In this document: piece after piece, positions 11,434 through 20,000 of the stretch | Layout: every line of letters begins with the position of its first letter | Position numbering within the stretch: position 1 is the first letter of the stretch | Assembly (NCBI GenBank): GCA_039815375.1 | Contig: JBCBZJ010000018.1 | Coordinates: 1 to 64,000 of the forward strand | Source: Verrucomicrobiota bacterium | GTDB taxonomy: Bacteria > Verrucomicrobiota > Verrucomicrobiia > Opitutales > Coraliomargaritaceae | Length of the DNA stretch: 64,000 bases | Reading direction: 5' to 3' | Position numbers and translations under genes: made by a program | The notes under the pieces: generated by a model | What the model was told of the DNA's origin: nothing | Database searches by the model: none | Seen by the model: the letters and a program-made list of their open reading frames with translations, nothing else

Positions 11434-12063
11434 TTATTCAAGATCGAGCTTCTTTAGTTTCGGGCGGATGACGAATTGGCAATAGGGTGCGGATGGATTG
11501 ATCCGATAATAGTCTTGGTGATAGTTCTCAGCCACGTAGAACTCGGAAGCTTCTGTGATTTCGGTTACGATCGGTGAATTGAAAGAGCTCTGAGCTGCGG
11601 CTTTTGAAGTCTCAGCTATTTTCATCTGTTCCTCCGAATGATAAAAGATGGCCGAACGATACTGTGTGCCGACATCCGCGCCCTGGCGGTTTAGAGTTGT
11701 CGGATCGTGTGAACGCCAGAGCCAGTCGAGTAGCGTCTCATAGGAGATGGTTTCCGGGTCGAAATAGATTCGAGTGACTTCGGCGTGGCCTGTTCGGCCG
11801 GTGACAACCTCTCGGTAGTCCGGGTTTTCCACATGACCACCCATGTAGCCTGACTCGACAGCTTTGACGCCTTCCAAATTCTCGAAGACAGCTTCGACAC
11901 ACCAGAAACATCCGGCACCAAAGGTTGCTGTTTCAAGTGCGACTTTTTCTTCTTCAGTTAATGCGGGCATCGGTGGTTCTTTGGTTTGAGCGGTGCAAGA
12001 AGTTAATAAATTAAGGGTGAGCAACAGTAGTGCGATCGAGTTGAGTAAATTACCTTTCATCAC
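11434..12063 (-). CDS. msrA: peptide-methionine (S)-S-oxide reductase MsrA (lipoprotein-type signal peptide)
   Basis: GAGCFWCVEAVF active-site motif and GYMGGH...EVV motifs, with an N-terminal signal peptide and cysteine. Confidence 0.9.
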   Translation of the reverse strand: MMKGNLLNSIALLLLTLNLLTSCTAQTKEPPMPALTEEEKVALETATFGAGCFWCVEAVFENLEGVKAVESGYMGGHVENPDYREVVTGRTGHAEVTRIYFDPETISYETLLDWLWRSHDPTTLNRQGADVGTQYRSAIFYHSEEQMKIAETSKAAAQSSFNSPIVTEITEASEFYVAENYHQDYYRINPSAPYCQFVIRPKLKKLDLE

Positions 12064-12106
12064 TGCTAGGAGGCGTTAATTCTGTTTTTTGTTCCCGTGA
12101 ACTGGA

Positions 12107-12373
12107 CTAGAGCGAAATGACACCGGGGACTTGAGCGACTCTTTGGTAAATCGCGATTACTTCGTCACATGAGTGCACGTTCATTTCCATCGTGTATGCA
12201 ATGAAGCGTCCGCTGGAGGACTCATTGGCTTGAACCGGGTCATCCGCAAAGAGTTCCAACACAGTCTCAGCCTGATCCCTGGGAACGATGAACTTGAACG
12301 GATAGATCGAAGGCCAATCGTAGTTCGCATCCAATGAGGAACGAAATGAGTCTAGTGTGCCGTCTTTTAGCAT
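12107..12373 (-). CDS. DUF493 (YbeD-like) family protein
   Basis: YPFKFIVP motif typical of YbeD (FP..F..K.IG). 88 aa. Confidence 0.55.
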   Translation of the reverse strand: MLKDGTLDSFRSSLDANYDWPSIYPFKFIVPRDQAETVLELFADDPVQANESSSGRFIAYTMEMNVHSCDEVIAIYQRVAQVPGVISL

Positions 12374-12483
12374 TCGATTAAACTAATGAAATTCCTGCGG
12401 CTGTCCAAGCCCTAGCTTATTTTTTAACTGGTTCGGGACTTGCCAGTGAATTGGTCACTTGCTTGCCTCTTTGTTTCCTCATC

Positions 12484-12582
<99 letters not shown>

Positions 12583-12681
12583 ACCATTCAGTGAAGTTAA
12601 AAGAGTGATGGTAAGCTTTTAGCTATGTGGTCGGCTCGGCTGGCAGAGAAGAACCGAAGGTGAAGTATAAAAGTCCTTTAG

Positions 12682-13104
12682 CTATTCGCTTCCGAGAGAA
12701 CCCAGCAACCTAAGCAGATCTGCTTTTGATAGTTTCTCAATGTAGCCCATTTCTCGTCGTTTAAAGTAAAACAAGGCACCCTCCTTTTGGGGCTCTATGA
12801 AGAAACACTCCCATCTTTCGTTTCCTGCTTCATTAAGAAATTCGGTCAATTTCTCTGGATCTTTTCCTTTGATTTCTAGAACGAGATACCTCCAGTCGCC
12901 GATTTTTTCAAAGTCTTTTTGAGCGGCATCCTTCAACTGTGAGGGTATTTCTCTATCTTTTACTTTCTCATCATACAGCCGCTTCGCCTTGTCCCAGTAG
13001 GATTCCTCTACTTCAGCTGCTTTGATGACATTCACATCGGCATGTGAGAATGATTGTATGCCTGCTAGGAACAGAGTGGCTGCTAGAGCTATATTTGGGT
13101 TCAT
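12682..13104 (-). CDS. secreted hypothetical protein
   Basis: N-terminal signal peptide (MNPNIALAATLFLAGIQSFSHA). Last gene of a three-gene minus-strand unit inside the putative island. Confidence 0.5.
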   Translation of the reverse strand: MNPNIALAATLFLAGIQSFSHADVNVIKAAEVEESYWDKAKRLYDEKVKDREIPSQLKDAAQKDFEKIGDWRYLVLEIKGKDPEKLTEFLNEAGNERWECFFIEPQKEGALFYFKRREMGYIEKLSKADLLRLLGSLGSE

Positions 13105-13149
13105 GGTTGTTCGTGTCTGTGTGGATTCTCACGGCGGCGGCGCGGCTCG

Positions 13150-13551
13150 CTACTTCAATGCGCTTGTAACGGCTTCTCTAAAGGCATATTCGCGCGGGTC
13201 CTCACCATCGGATCTGAAGAGCTCTGTGACCGAGTTAAGTGCCTTTCGTTTGCCTGCTTCCGATGTGATGCGTGTACTCAGTGACTGAAGAAACTCATTC
13301 TGAAGATTCTCGTTTGCGATGGATTGCCGCACCTTGTCCGTAGCAGTATTGATATAAAGATCGACCGGCGTGCTCGAATTCCAATCCAGAAGCTCGATTT
13401 TGTTTTTCAGGACATTGTCCTCTGAGAAGGAAAGATGGTTGTCCATATAGATACCAAAGAGAAGAAGGTCTACAATCGCTTCTCGTTCTGTCTGATTTAG
13501 GCCATCAGCCGAATTTTTCTCTGGTTGGAATAATTTTTCTAATATTTTCAT
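13150..13551 (-). CDS. hypothetical protein
   Basis: 133-aa ORF, co-directional and spaced 45-47 nt from its neighbours. Confidence 0.45.
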   Translation of the reverse strand: MKILEKLFQPEKNSADGLNQTEREAIVDLLLFGIYMDNHLSFSEDNVLKNKIELLDWNSSTPVDLYINTATDKVRQSIANENLQNEFLQSLSTRITSEAGKRKALNSVTELFRSDGEDPREYAFREAVTSALK

Positions 13552-13598
13552 AGTAAAATCTTTATTTTTGTTTTCCAGGTATCGACTTTGACGAAGTC

Positions 13599-14066
13599 TT
13601 ACCGAAGGTTAATCTCTCGCATCTTATCGAAATCTCCGCGTTCACAGGCGTTTACGAATCCCTCAGCATAAGACTTTAACGTGTCCCAGCGCTTACGAAT
13701 TTGTTCAGCTTCTTCCTCTGTTATACGCTCGTCGATACCAGCGTTCGCGATTTCTCCAAGTAGAGAAGCGAACTGGCTGACCATTTCATGAGTTGCAGGG
13801 CTCAAGTTGTAAGCGTTTGAAGATAAGGGATCGTTGGAAACGAAGTAGCCACCTGACTTGGCAGCCAGCCATTTAACGAGTCGATTGTCCCCAGCTGCTT
13901 CGTTTAGAGCGGTAACGCGGTCTAGCGGGTTTCGCGATCCGCTCTGGTTCTCGCCTGCGGGTTGCGACCACTTGTAAATCAGAGATTGAGAGATCCCAAG
14001 ATCAGCTGCGATTGCCTTTGGAGGGCTATCCAAGAAGCAACTTTTTATTATTTCGTGTGATTGCAC
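13599..14066 (-). CDS. phage CII/CP76-like helix-turn-helix regulatory protein
   Basis: HTH AIAADLGISQSLIYKW followed by an AAGDNRLVKWLA segment resembling the GDN-L motif of P2-type CII (CP76) regulators. GTG start. It is transcribed divergently from the yqiJ-like operon. Confidence 0.5.
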   Translation of the reverse strand: MQSHEIIKSCFLDSPPKAIAADLGISQSLIYKWSQPAGENQSGSRNPLDRVTALNEAAGDNRLVKWLAAKSGGYFVSNDPLSSNAYNLSPATHEMVSQFASLLGEIANAGIDERITEEEAEQIRKRWDTLKSYAEGFVNACERGDFDKMREINLR

Positions 14067-14112
14067 ATGTAAGGATGTCTAAAAAATGCCCATCTGGGCA
14101 AGGTGATTATAG

Positions 14113-14142
14113 TTGGTTACAAAATCTCTCGCCTATTATAAT
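14113..14142 (+). promoter_or_regulatory. candidate sigma70-type promoter of the yqiJ-like operon (TTGGTT-18-TATAAT)
   Basis: Perfect TATAAT at 14137-14142, 41 nt upstream of the ATG at 14184. A TTG-containing -35 lies 18 nt upstream. Confidence 0.3.
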
Positions 14143-14183
14143 TTATCTAATCACGATGCTGAGCTAGTATCCTCAATGATCCC

Positions 14184-14861
14184 ATGTTAGAAGAACTCTT
14201 CAGTGAAGCTCTGCGCTGGTATAATTTACCATGGAGCATTTTGTTGGCACTAACGACGCTATATTGGCTCATCGCGATTGCCGGGATGATCGATTTCGAT
14301 TTTCTTGATTTTGACTTCGATTTTGATGCCGATGTGGATGTTGACGTCGATGCGGATGTTGATGTCGATGCAAACGTAGGAGGAGGCGCTTTTGCGGGTG
14401 TCCTTGAGTTTATACATTTAGGTAGTTTGCCGCTGATGGTGGTCGTTTCCGGTCTTGTAATCTGTGCATGGTCGCTCGCACTAATTGGAAATTTCTACTT
14501 GAACCCAATGAATATTGGCCTCATCGGCTTTGGGATATCCGTTGCGGTTGCCTTGCCCGGTATCGTGATCTCCTCTCTGGCACTTTGGCCGGTCGCGCAT
14601 TTTTACAAGCGCCTGGAGAAAGATACTGATGGCAACCTGACTATGATCGGGAGAACCTGCAAAGTCCGATCGGATCGTGTTGATAGTAGTTTTGGTCAAG
14701 CGGAGGTAAGCACTTCGGAGGGTCCTTTGGTCGTTAACGTGAGACTCGCTACTGAGAGTGGTCCTCTTGTTGAAGGCGATTCGGCGCTTATTATCAGCGA
14801 AGATACGAAGCACATGATCTACACAATCAGGAAAATTTCTAACGAATTAACAAAAATCTAA
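14184..14861 (+). CDS. YqiJ/NfeD-like inner-membrane protein (flotillin partner, C-terminal OB-fold)
   Basis: Architecture and several blocks align with E. coli YqiJ (IHLGSLPLMVVV; C-terminal GDSALII beta domain). The N-terminal loop carries a (DF)n/(DV)n acidic repeat. Confidence 0.7.
   Translation: MLEELFSEALRWYNLPWSILLALTTLYWLIAIAGMIDFDFLDFDFDFDADVDVDVDADVDVDANVGGGAFAGVLEFIHLGSLPLMVVVSGLVICAWSLALIGNFYLNPMNIGLIGFGISVAVALPGIVISSLALWPVAHFYKRLEKDTDGNLTMIGRTCKVRSDRVDSSFGQAEVSTSEGPLVVNVRLATESGPLVEGDSALIISEDTKHMIYTIRKISNELTKI
14292..14372 (+). repeat. in-frame hexanucleotide tandem repeat (GAT-TTY / GAT-GTN) encoding DFDFLDFDFDFDADVDVDVDADVDVDA
   Basis: Read directly: gat ttc gat ttt ctt gat ttt gac ttc gat ttt gat gcc gat gtg gat gtt gac gtc gat gcg gat gtt gat gtc gat gca. 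Confidence 0.8.
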
Positions 14862-14873
14862 CTATAGAAAGAT

Positions 14874-16946
14874 ATGACATACTCACTAGCAATAATTGAA
14901 TCCGTGGGGCTTGCGGTCATCCTAGGCATCGTTGCGGTGCTCATCGGACTGCTTGTAACCATTATCAAGATGTATCAAAAGGTTGACCAGGGCTATGCCC
15001 TTGTCAGGAATGGGGCAGGTGGGACTAGCGTTTCATTCGCTGGCATGGTCAGTGTCCCGATATTTCATAAACTGGAAATCATGGACTTGCGGGTTCAGCA
15101 CTTGCCGCTGGACCGCCGGGGTAAGGACGGTCTTATCTGTCGTGACAACGTGCGTGCCGACATTAGTGTTGGCTTCTACGTGCGGGTGAATCCTCACGAA
15201 AATGATGTGAAGGCGGTTGCGAAGGCTGTTGGTTGTGAGCGTGCCTCCGATCTCGACAAGATTCGCGAGCTCTTTGACGCCAAGTTCTCGGAAGCTCTAA
15301 AGACAGCAGGTAAGCAATTTGATTTCGAGAGTCTCTACACGGACCGTATTGATTTTCGGAATAAGATCATCGAAGTGATCGGCCAGGACCTGAACGGCTA
15401 TGCGCTCGAGGATGTGGCGATTGACTATCTTGAGCAAACACCGCTTGAAGCGATGAACCCGGATAACATTCTCGACTCTGAAGGTATAAAGAAGATTACC
15501 GAACGGACTGCGGCGCAGGCGATTCTCGAGAACGAGATTCAAAATAGACGTATCCGCACGATTAAGCAGAACGATGTTCAGCGCGTGGAGGCGGTCTTGG
15601 AGCTTGAAAAGCAGCAGGCTGAAGCGGAGGAGAAGCAGAAGCGCGAAGTGTCTGTGATTCGTTCTCGTGAGGAAGCTGAGGCCAAGCGGGTCGCTGAAGA
15701 ACAGCGTCTGCGTGCGGAGCAAGCTCACATTAACACCGAGGAAGAGCTCCAAATTGCGACGCAGAATATGGAACGCCAAGTTATTGTTGCTGAAAAAAGC
15801 AAGCAAAAGACCGAAGCTGTTGAAACAGAGCGTGTTGAGCGGGATCGCCAGTTAGAGGTCGTCGAACGTGACAAGGTAACAACGCTCGCCGATATCGAGA
15901 AGACGAAGGCTGTCGAAGTCGAGAAGCGTAACATTCAGGATGTGATCAAGGAACGCGTAATGGTCGAAAAGACTGTCGTGGTCGAACAGGAGAAGATTAA
16001 GGACACTGAAGCATTTGCGGGTGCAGATCGTCAAAAGCGTGTTGCGATCACGGATGCTGAAGAAAAGGCTGAGCAAGAGAAGCTCATTCGCCTGAAGCAG
16101 GCAGAAGCCAGTCAGGAAGCTGAAAAGCTTAAGGCTGATGAAGAGTTCTATAATGAAGTTCGTCGTGCTGAATCCAGCAAGCGAGCGACCGAGCTATCTT
16201 CCGAAGAAATGATTATCGCTGCCGAGGCTGAGGAGGCTTCTTCTGTGAAGCAAGCTGAAGCAAAGAAGAATATTGCCGAAGCCACCGCAGCTGAGACTGC
16301 AGCCATTGGATTGGGTGAAGCCCAGATCATGGAAGCCAAGGCGTCTGCTAGCCTGAAGCAAGGTGAGGCAGATGCGAAGTCTTCCGAACTTAAGTTCGAG
16401 GCAGACGCTAAGGGTATAACCGAGAAGGCGGCTGCGATGAAGCTCTTCAATGAGTCCGGTAAGGAGCATGAAGAGTTCAAACTCCGCCTCGAAAAGGACA
16501 AGGAGATCGAACTCGAGAGCATCCGCGTCGAAGAGGATATTGCTCGCCACCAGGCTCAAGTGCTCTCCGAATCGCTTAAGAATACTAAAGTCGATATTGT
16601 CGGTGGCAGTGCAGAATTCTACAATGACATTATAGGAGCCGTCACACGCGGTAAGTCTTTCGAGCGCACAATTAACAGTAGCCCAGCTTTGACGGATGTG
16701 AAGGAGACCTTCTTTAATGGAGATCCTGAGTATTTTCGCGCGCAGATTGCGAACTGGTTGAGCGACTTCAACATCAGTGTTGAAAGTGTAAAGGACCTTT
16801 CGGTTGCAAGCTTTATGCTAAAGTTAGCTTCAGAAACGAGCGACGAAGAGAAGCTAAACCACATCCGTGGGTTGTCAGGTATGGCTGAGAAGTTTGGGTT
16901 TGCGAATGAGACCATCCAGAATCTGCTCTCCCTCGGGCAGAAGTAG
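14874..16946 (+). CDS. flotillin family (SPFH/band 7) protein, YqiK/FloT-like, with an extended E/A/K-rich coiled coil
   Basis: The N-terminal TM and SPFH domain align closely with E. coli YqiK (VRNGAGG...VPIFHKLE...). It starts 12 nt after the yqiJ-like stop. Confidence 0.85.
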   Translation: MTYSLAIIESVGLAVILGIVAVLIGLLVTIIKMYQKVDQGYALVRNGAGGTSVSFAGMVSVPIFHKLEIMDLRVQHLPLDRRGKDGLICRDNVRADISVGFYVRVNPHENDVKAVAKAVGCERASDLDKIRELFDAKFSEALKTAGKQFDFESLYTDRIDFRNKIIEVIGQDLNGYALEDVAIDYLEQTPLEAMNPDNILDSEGIKKITERTAAQAILENEIQNRRIRTIKQNDVQRVEAVLELEKQQAEAEEKQKREVSVIRSREEAEAKRVAEEQRLRAEQAHINTEEELQIATQNMERQVIVAEKSKQKTEAVETERVERDRQLEVVERDKVTTLADIEKTKAVEVEKRNIQDVIKERVMVEKTVVVEQEKIKDTEAFAGADRQKRVAITDAEEKAEQEKLIRLKQAEASQEAEKLKADEEFYNEVRRAESSKRATELSSEEMIIAAEAEEASSVKQAEAKKNIAEATAAETAAIGLGEAQIMEAKASASLKQGEADAKSSELKFEADAKGITEKAAAMKLFNESGKEHEEFKLRLEKDKEIELESIRVEEDIARHQAQVLSESLKNTKVDIVGGSAEFYNDIIGAVTRGKSFERTINSSPALTDVKETFFNGDPEYFRAQIANWLSDFNISVESVKDLSVASFMLKLASETSDEEKLNHIRGLSGMAEKFGFANETIQNLLSLGQK

Positions 16947-17039
16947 ATTTGTGATTTTTCAGCATGATCCGGGCGGCAGCGTAATTTCTATGTGCTGTTT
17001 TGTACGAATCGGCTGCAACTTTTCGAGACTAGGATAACT

Positions 17040-20000
17040 ATGGGAAGCGAAAATTCAGCAGGAGATCAGAAACTAGAGGGTGGTGCCTACGAAGTGATTC
17101 GTAACCGACTCACCGCTCAAAGCTCTGAGCTCTTGAGCCGAGTGCAGAAGCTTGATCAGGAGCGGAAGAAAGTTTTTGGTGCGACGGATACGCAACTACT
17201 TGCGACTGATCGTATCCAAACGGCCAATAATTGTATCCCGCGAGGGATGATCGCACTTCCGGGTGGACGGTTCATCTTTGGTTACAACGTTCACATGGGG
17301 CTGAAGTCCCAGATAGAGGTGACTGATGTATTTGCCAAGTTCCGCTACGAGCCTGCAGACCATTCCTTTCATGAAGAGCCTCTAGTTGCGCTCCAGTCGA
17401 GTGAATTTCAGGCGGACTTTCAGTATCTCTATAAATACTACAAGAAGACCTTCTTTGCGAAGTTCATGATCAGTGGGCCTCACTTGCTGATGGTCTTTCA
17501 GGTCAGCGAAGACGTAAGAGATGTTAAGGTCTTTAAGTGGCTGATCGAAGGAGAGAGCCTGAGCTATCTCGGAAACCGGTTCGAGCATGAATATGCCTTT
17601 CCGGATCAGCATTCGTTTACTTGGATCCGTGCGCACCGCGACCTTCACCGGACAGGGAGTTTTCCTCATGTTTCGATCGATGACCGACTTTTCGTCGAGA
17701 CGACAGGCGGCGATCTCACCATTAAGATCGAAGACAACACTGATAGCGGTGAAGGTATCTACTCAGAGCCGGTCGAGAATTCCGATCAGACACTCGACGA
17801 TGCCGACATCCACTACGCTAGTGTGGACAGTCTTGTTTTCCTACGGATAAAGCCCTACCAGGAGAAGGAGACACGCTACTTCATTTACAATGAAAAGGTT
17901 AAGGAGGTGAAGCGTGTGGATTCCGTCGAGCATGCCTGCGTTCTTCTTCCCGAGGACCACGGCGTGATTTTTGCGAATGGTTACTATCTACACAATGGTG
18001 AGTTTAAGCGCTTCGGTGATTCCGAGGGCGAAATGACATTTGAGCGTGTGGTGAAGGCGCCAAATGGTGAAGACTACCTTTACGTTTTCTTCCAGCAGAA
18101 GGAGGGCCTGTATCAGCTCCTACCCTACAATATCATCGCGCAGCGGGTCGAAAATCCCATTGAGGCAAACGGCTATACGATTTTTGAGAATGGTTCGTTG
18201 ACCTATTTTAAGGCGCACGAGGAACCACAGAAGCATCATACCCTTCAGGTTTGGCAAACGCCATACTCTGCGGAGGAACAAGCTGTGGAAGCGACGGGAG
18301 ACAGCTTCTTGTTCAAAGTCGGCAATGCGAGTATCGTTCGCTGTATTTCGGAGTGTCACGCGATCTACAATCTACTCCAGCGCGAGGAGGCTTATGAGGG
18401 ATTGTATCTGGATTTGGTAAAGTCCTGCGTGACGACGATTGATAGCTATTTCTGGATTGGTTCAGAAGAGGCCTTCGATCTAAAGGATGTCATCTCTCAT
18501 ATTCGCGATACTGGGCAGTCGGCTATTGCTGAGTTCGATAAGGTTCAACGCATCCGAAAGTCGACACTCGATCAAACCAAGGAAGTTCAGGTTCAGGCTC
18601 GAAAGCTTTTTGCCGAGCTGGCTGGTGTGCAGCCCGAAAATGTTCGAGTCTTCGTTGATCATCTGGCAAACCTGCGGACTTTGCGTGGCGAAGTGATTGG
18701 TCTACGCGAACTGAGATATGTCGACCTGACTCTTTGTCAGGAGCTCGATGAGGGCGTTTCCAAACAGATGGATGAGCTGGCTAAAGCGACAGTTGAATTC
18801 TTGCTTAAGGAAGAGGCGCTTGTTCCATATCGGACGCAGCTTAGCGAGGCTGAAGCCTCAATTGTTGAGGTCAAAACCGCCGCGATGGCGAAGGAGCTTC
18901 TTGAGGAGCTCGATAAGACCGGCGACCAACTGGAGATGCTTATTGAAACGGTTTCGAATCTTAAGATCGAAGATGCTACCGAAACGACGCGCATTATCGA
19001 TAGTATATCCGAGCTCTTCACTGAATTGAACCGATTGAAAGCGGAGGTGAAACGGAACCGCCAGGAGCTCATGCGGAAAGAAGGCTCCGCTCAGTTTCAA
19101 GCACAGATTAAGCTGTTGGAGCAGTCTGTAGCAAATTATCTCGATATCGCCGATGAGCCTGAGCGTTGCGATGAGTTCTTAACCAAAGCGATTGTCCAGC
19201 TTGAGGAGCTTGAAGGGAAGTATGCCGAGTTCGATGAGTTCATTGACATTCTCGCGGACAAGCGGGCCGAGCTCTATAACACTTTCGAATCGAAGAAGAC
19301 GACGCTTCAAGAGGTTCGCAACCGTCGTGTGGGTAAGCTCGCTCAATCGGCTCAGCGCATTCTCGGAGGAATCGAAAATCGCTCGAAAGCTCTAAAAGAG
19401 ATCAATGAGATCAATGGCTATTTCGCGTCGGACCTGATGGTAGACAAGGTCCGTGACCTCGTTAAAGAGCTAAAGGATCTCGGTGAGGCCATGAAGGGTG
19501 ACGAGATCATTACTCGCTTGAAGACGATCCAAGGTGACGCTATACGACAGCTGAAGGATAAGCAGGACCTCTTCGTTGATGGGGAGAACCTCATCAAGTT
19601 CGGTAAGCATCAATTCACGGTAAACACTCAGGCGCTGGAGCTGACTTCGGTATTACGGGATGGTGACCTATATCTTCACCTTTCAGGCACTCAGTTCTAC
19701 GAGAAAGTGGAAGATGCAGAGTTGGTCGCTACGAAGTCTGTCTGGAACATGCATTGTTGCTCCGAGAATGAGACGGTCTATCGTGCTGAGTTCTTAGCGT
19801 ATAAGTTTCTAGAGTCGCAAGACGATGGCAATTATCTCGAACTAGCGGATGAAGAGCGGCTTGAGGCTATCCGCGAGTTTATGTCTCCCCGCTATCAGGA
19901 GGCCTATACGAAGGGCCTGCACGATCTGGATGCACGTTTGATTGTGGATCAGCTGATGACGACACACTTGCATATAGGACTGCTACGATACGGGCCAGAA

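Noticed and set aside
18990-19030. DxSxS (MIDAS-like) motif RIIDSISELF in the giant protein, as a hint of a vWA domain partnering the AAA_5 ATPase
   Set aside because: The motif lies within a heptad coiled coil, with no surrounding vWA beta-alpha-beta pattern. It is most likely coincidental.
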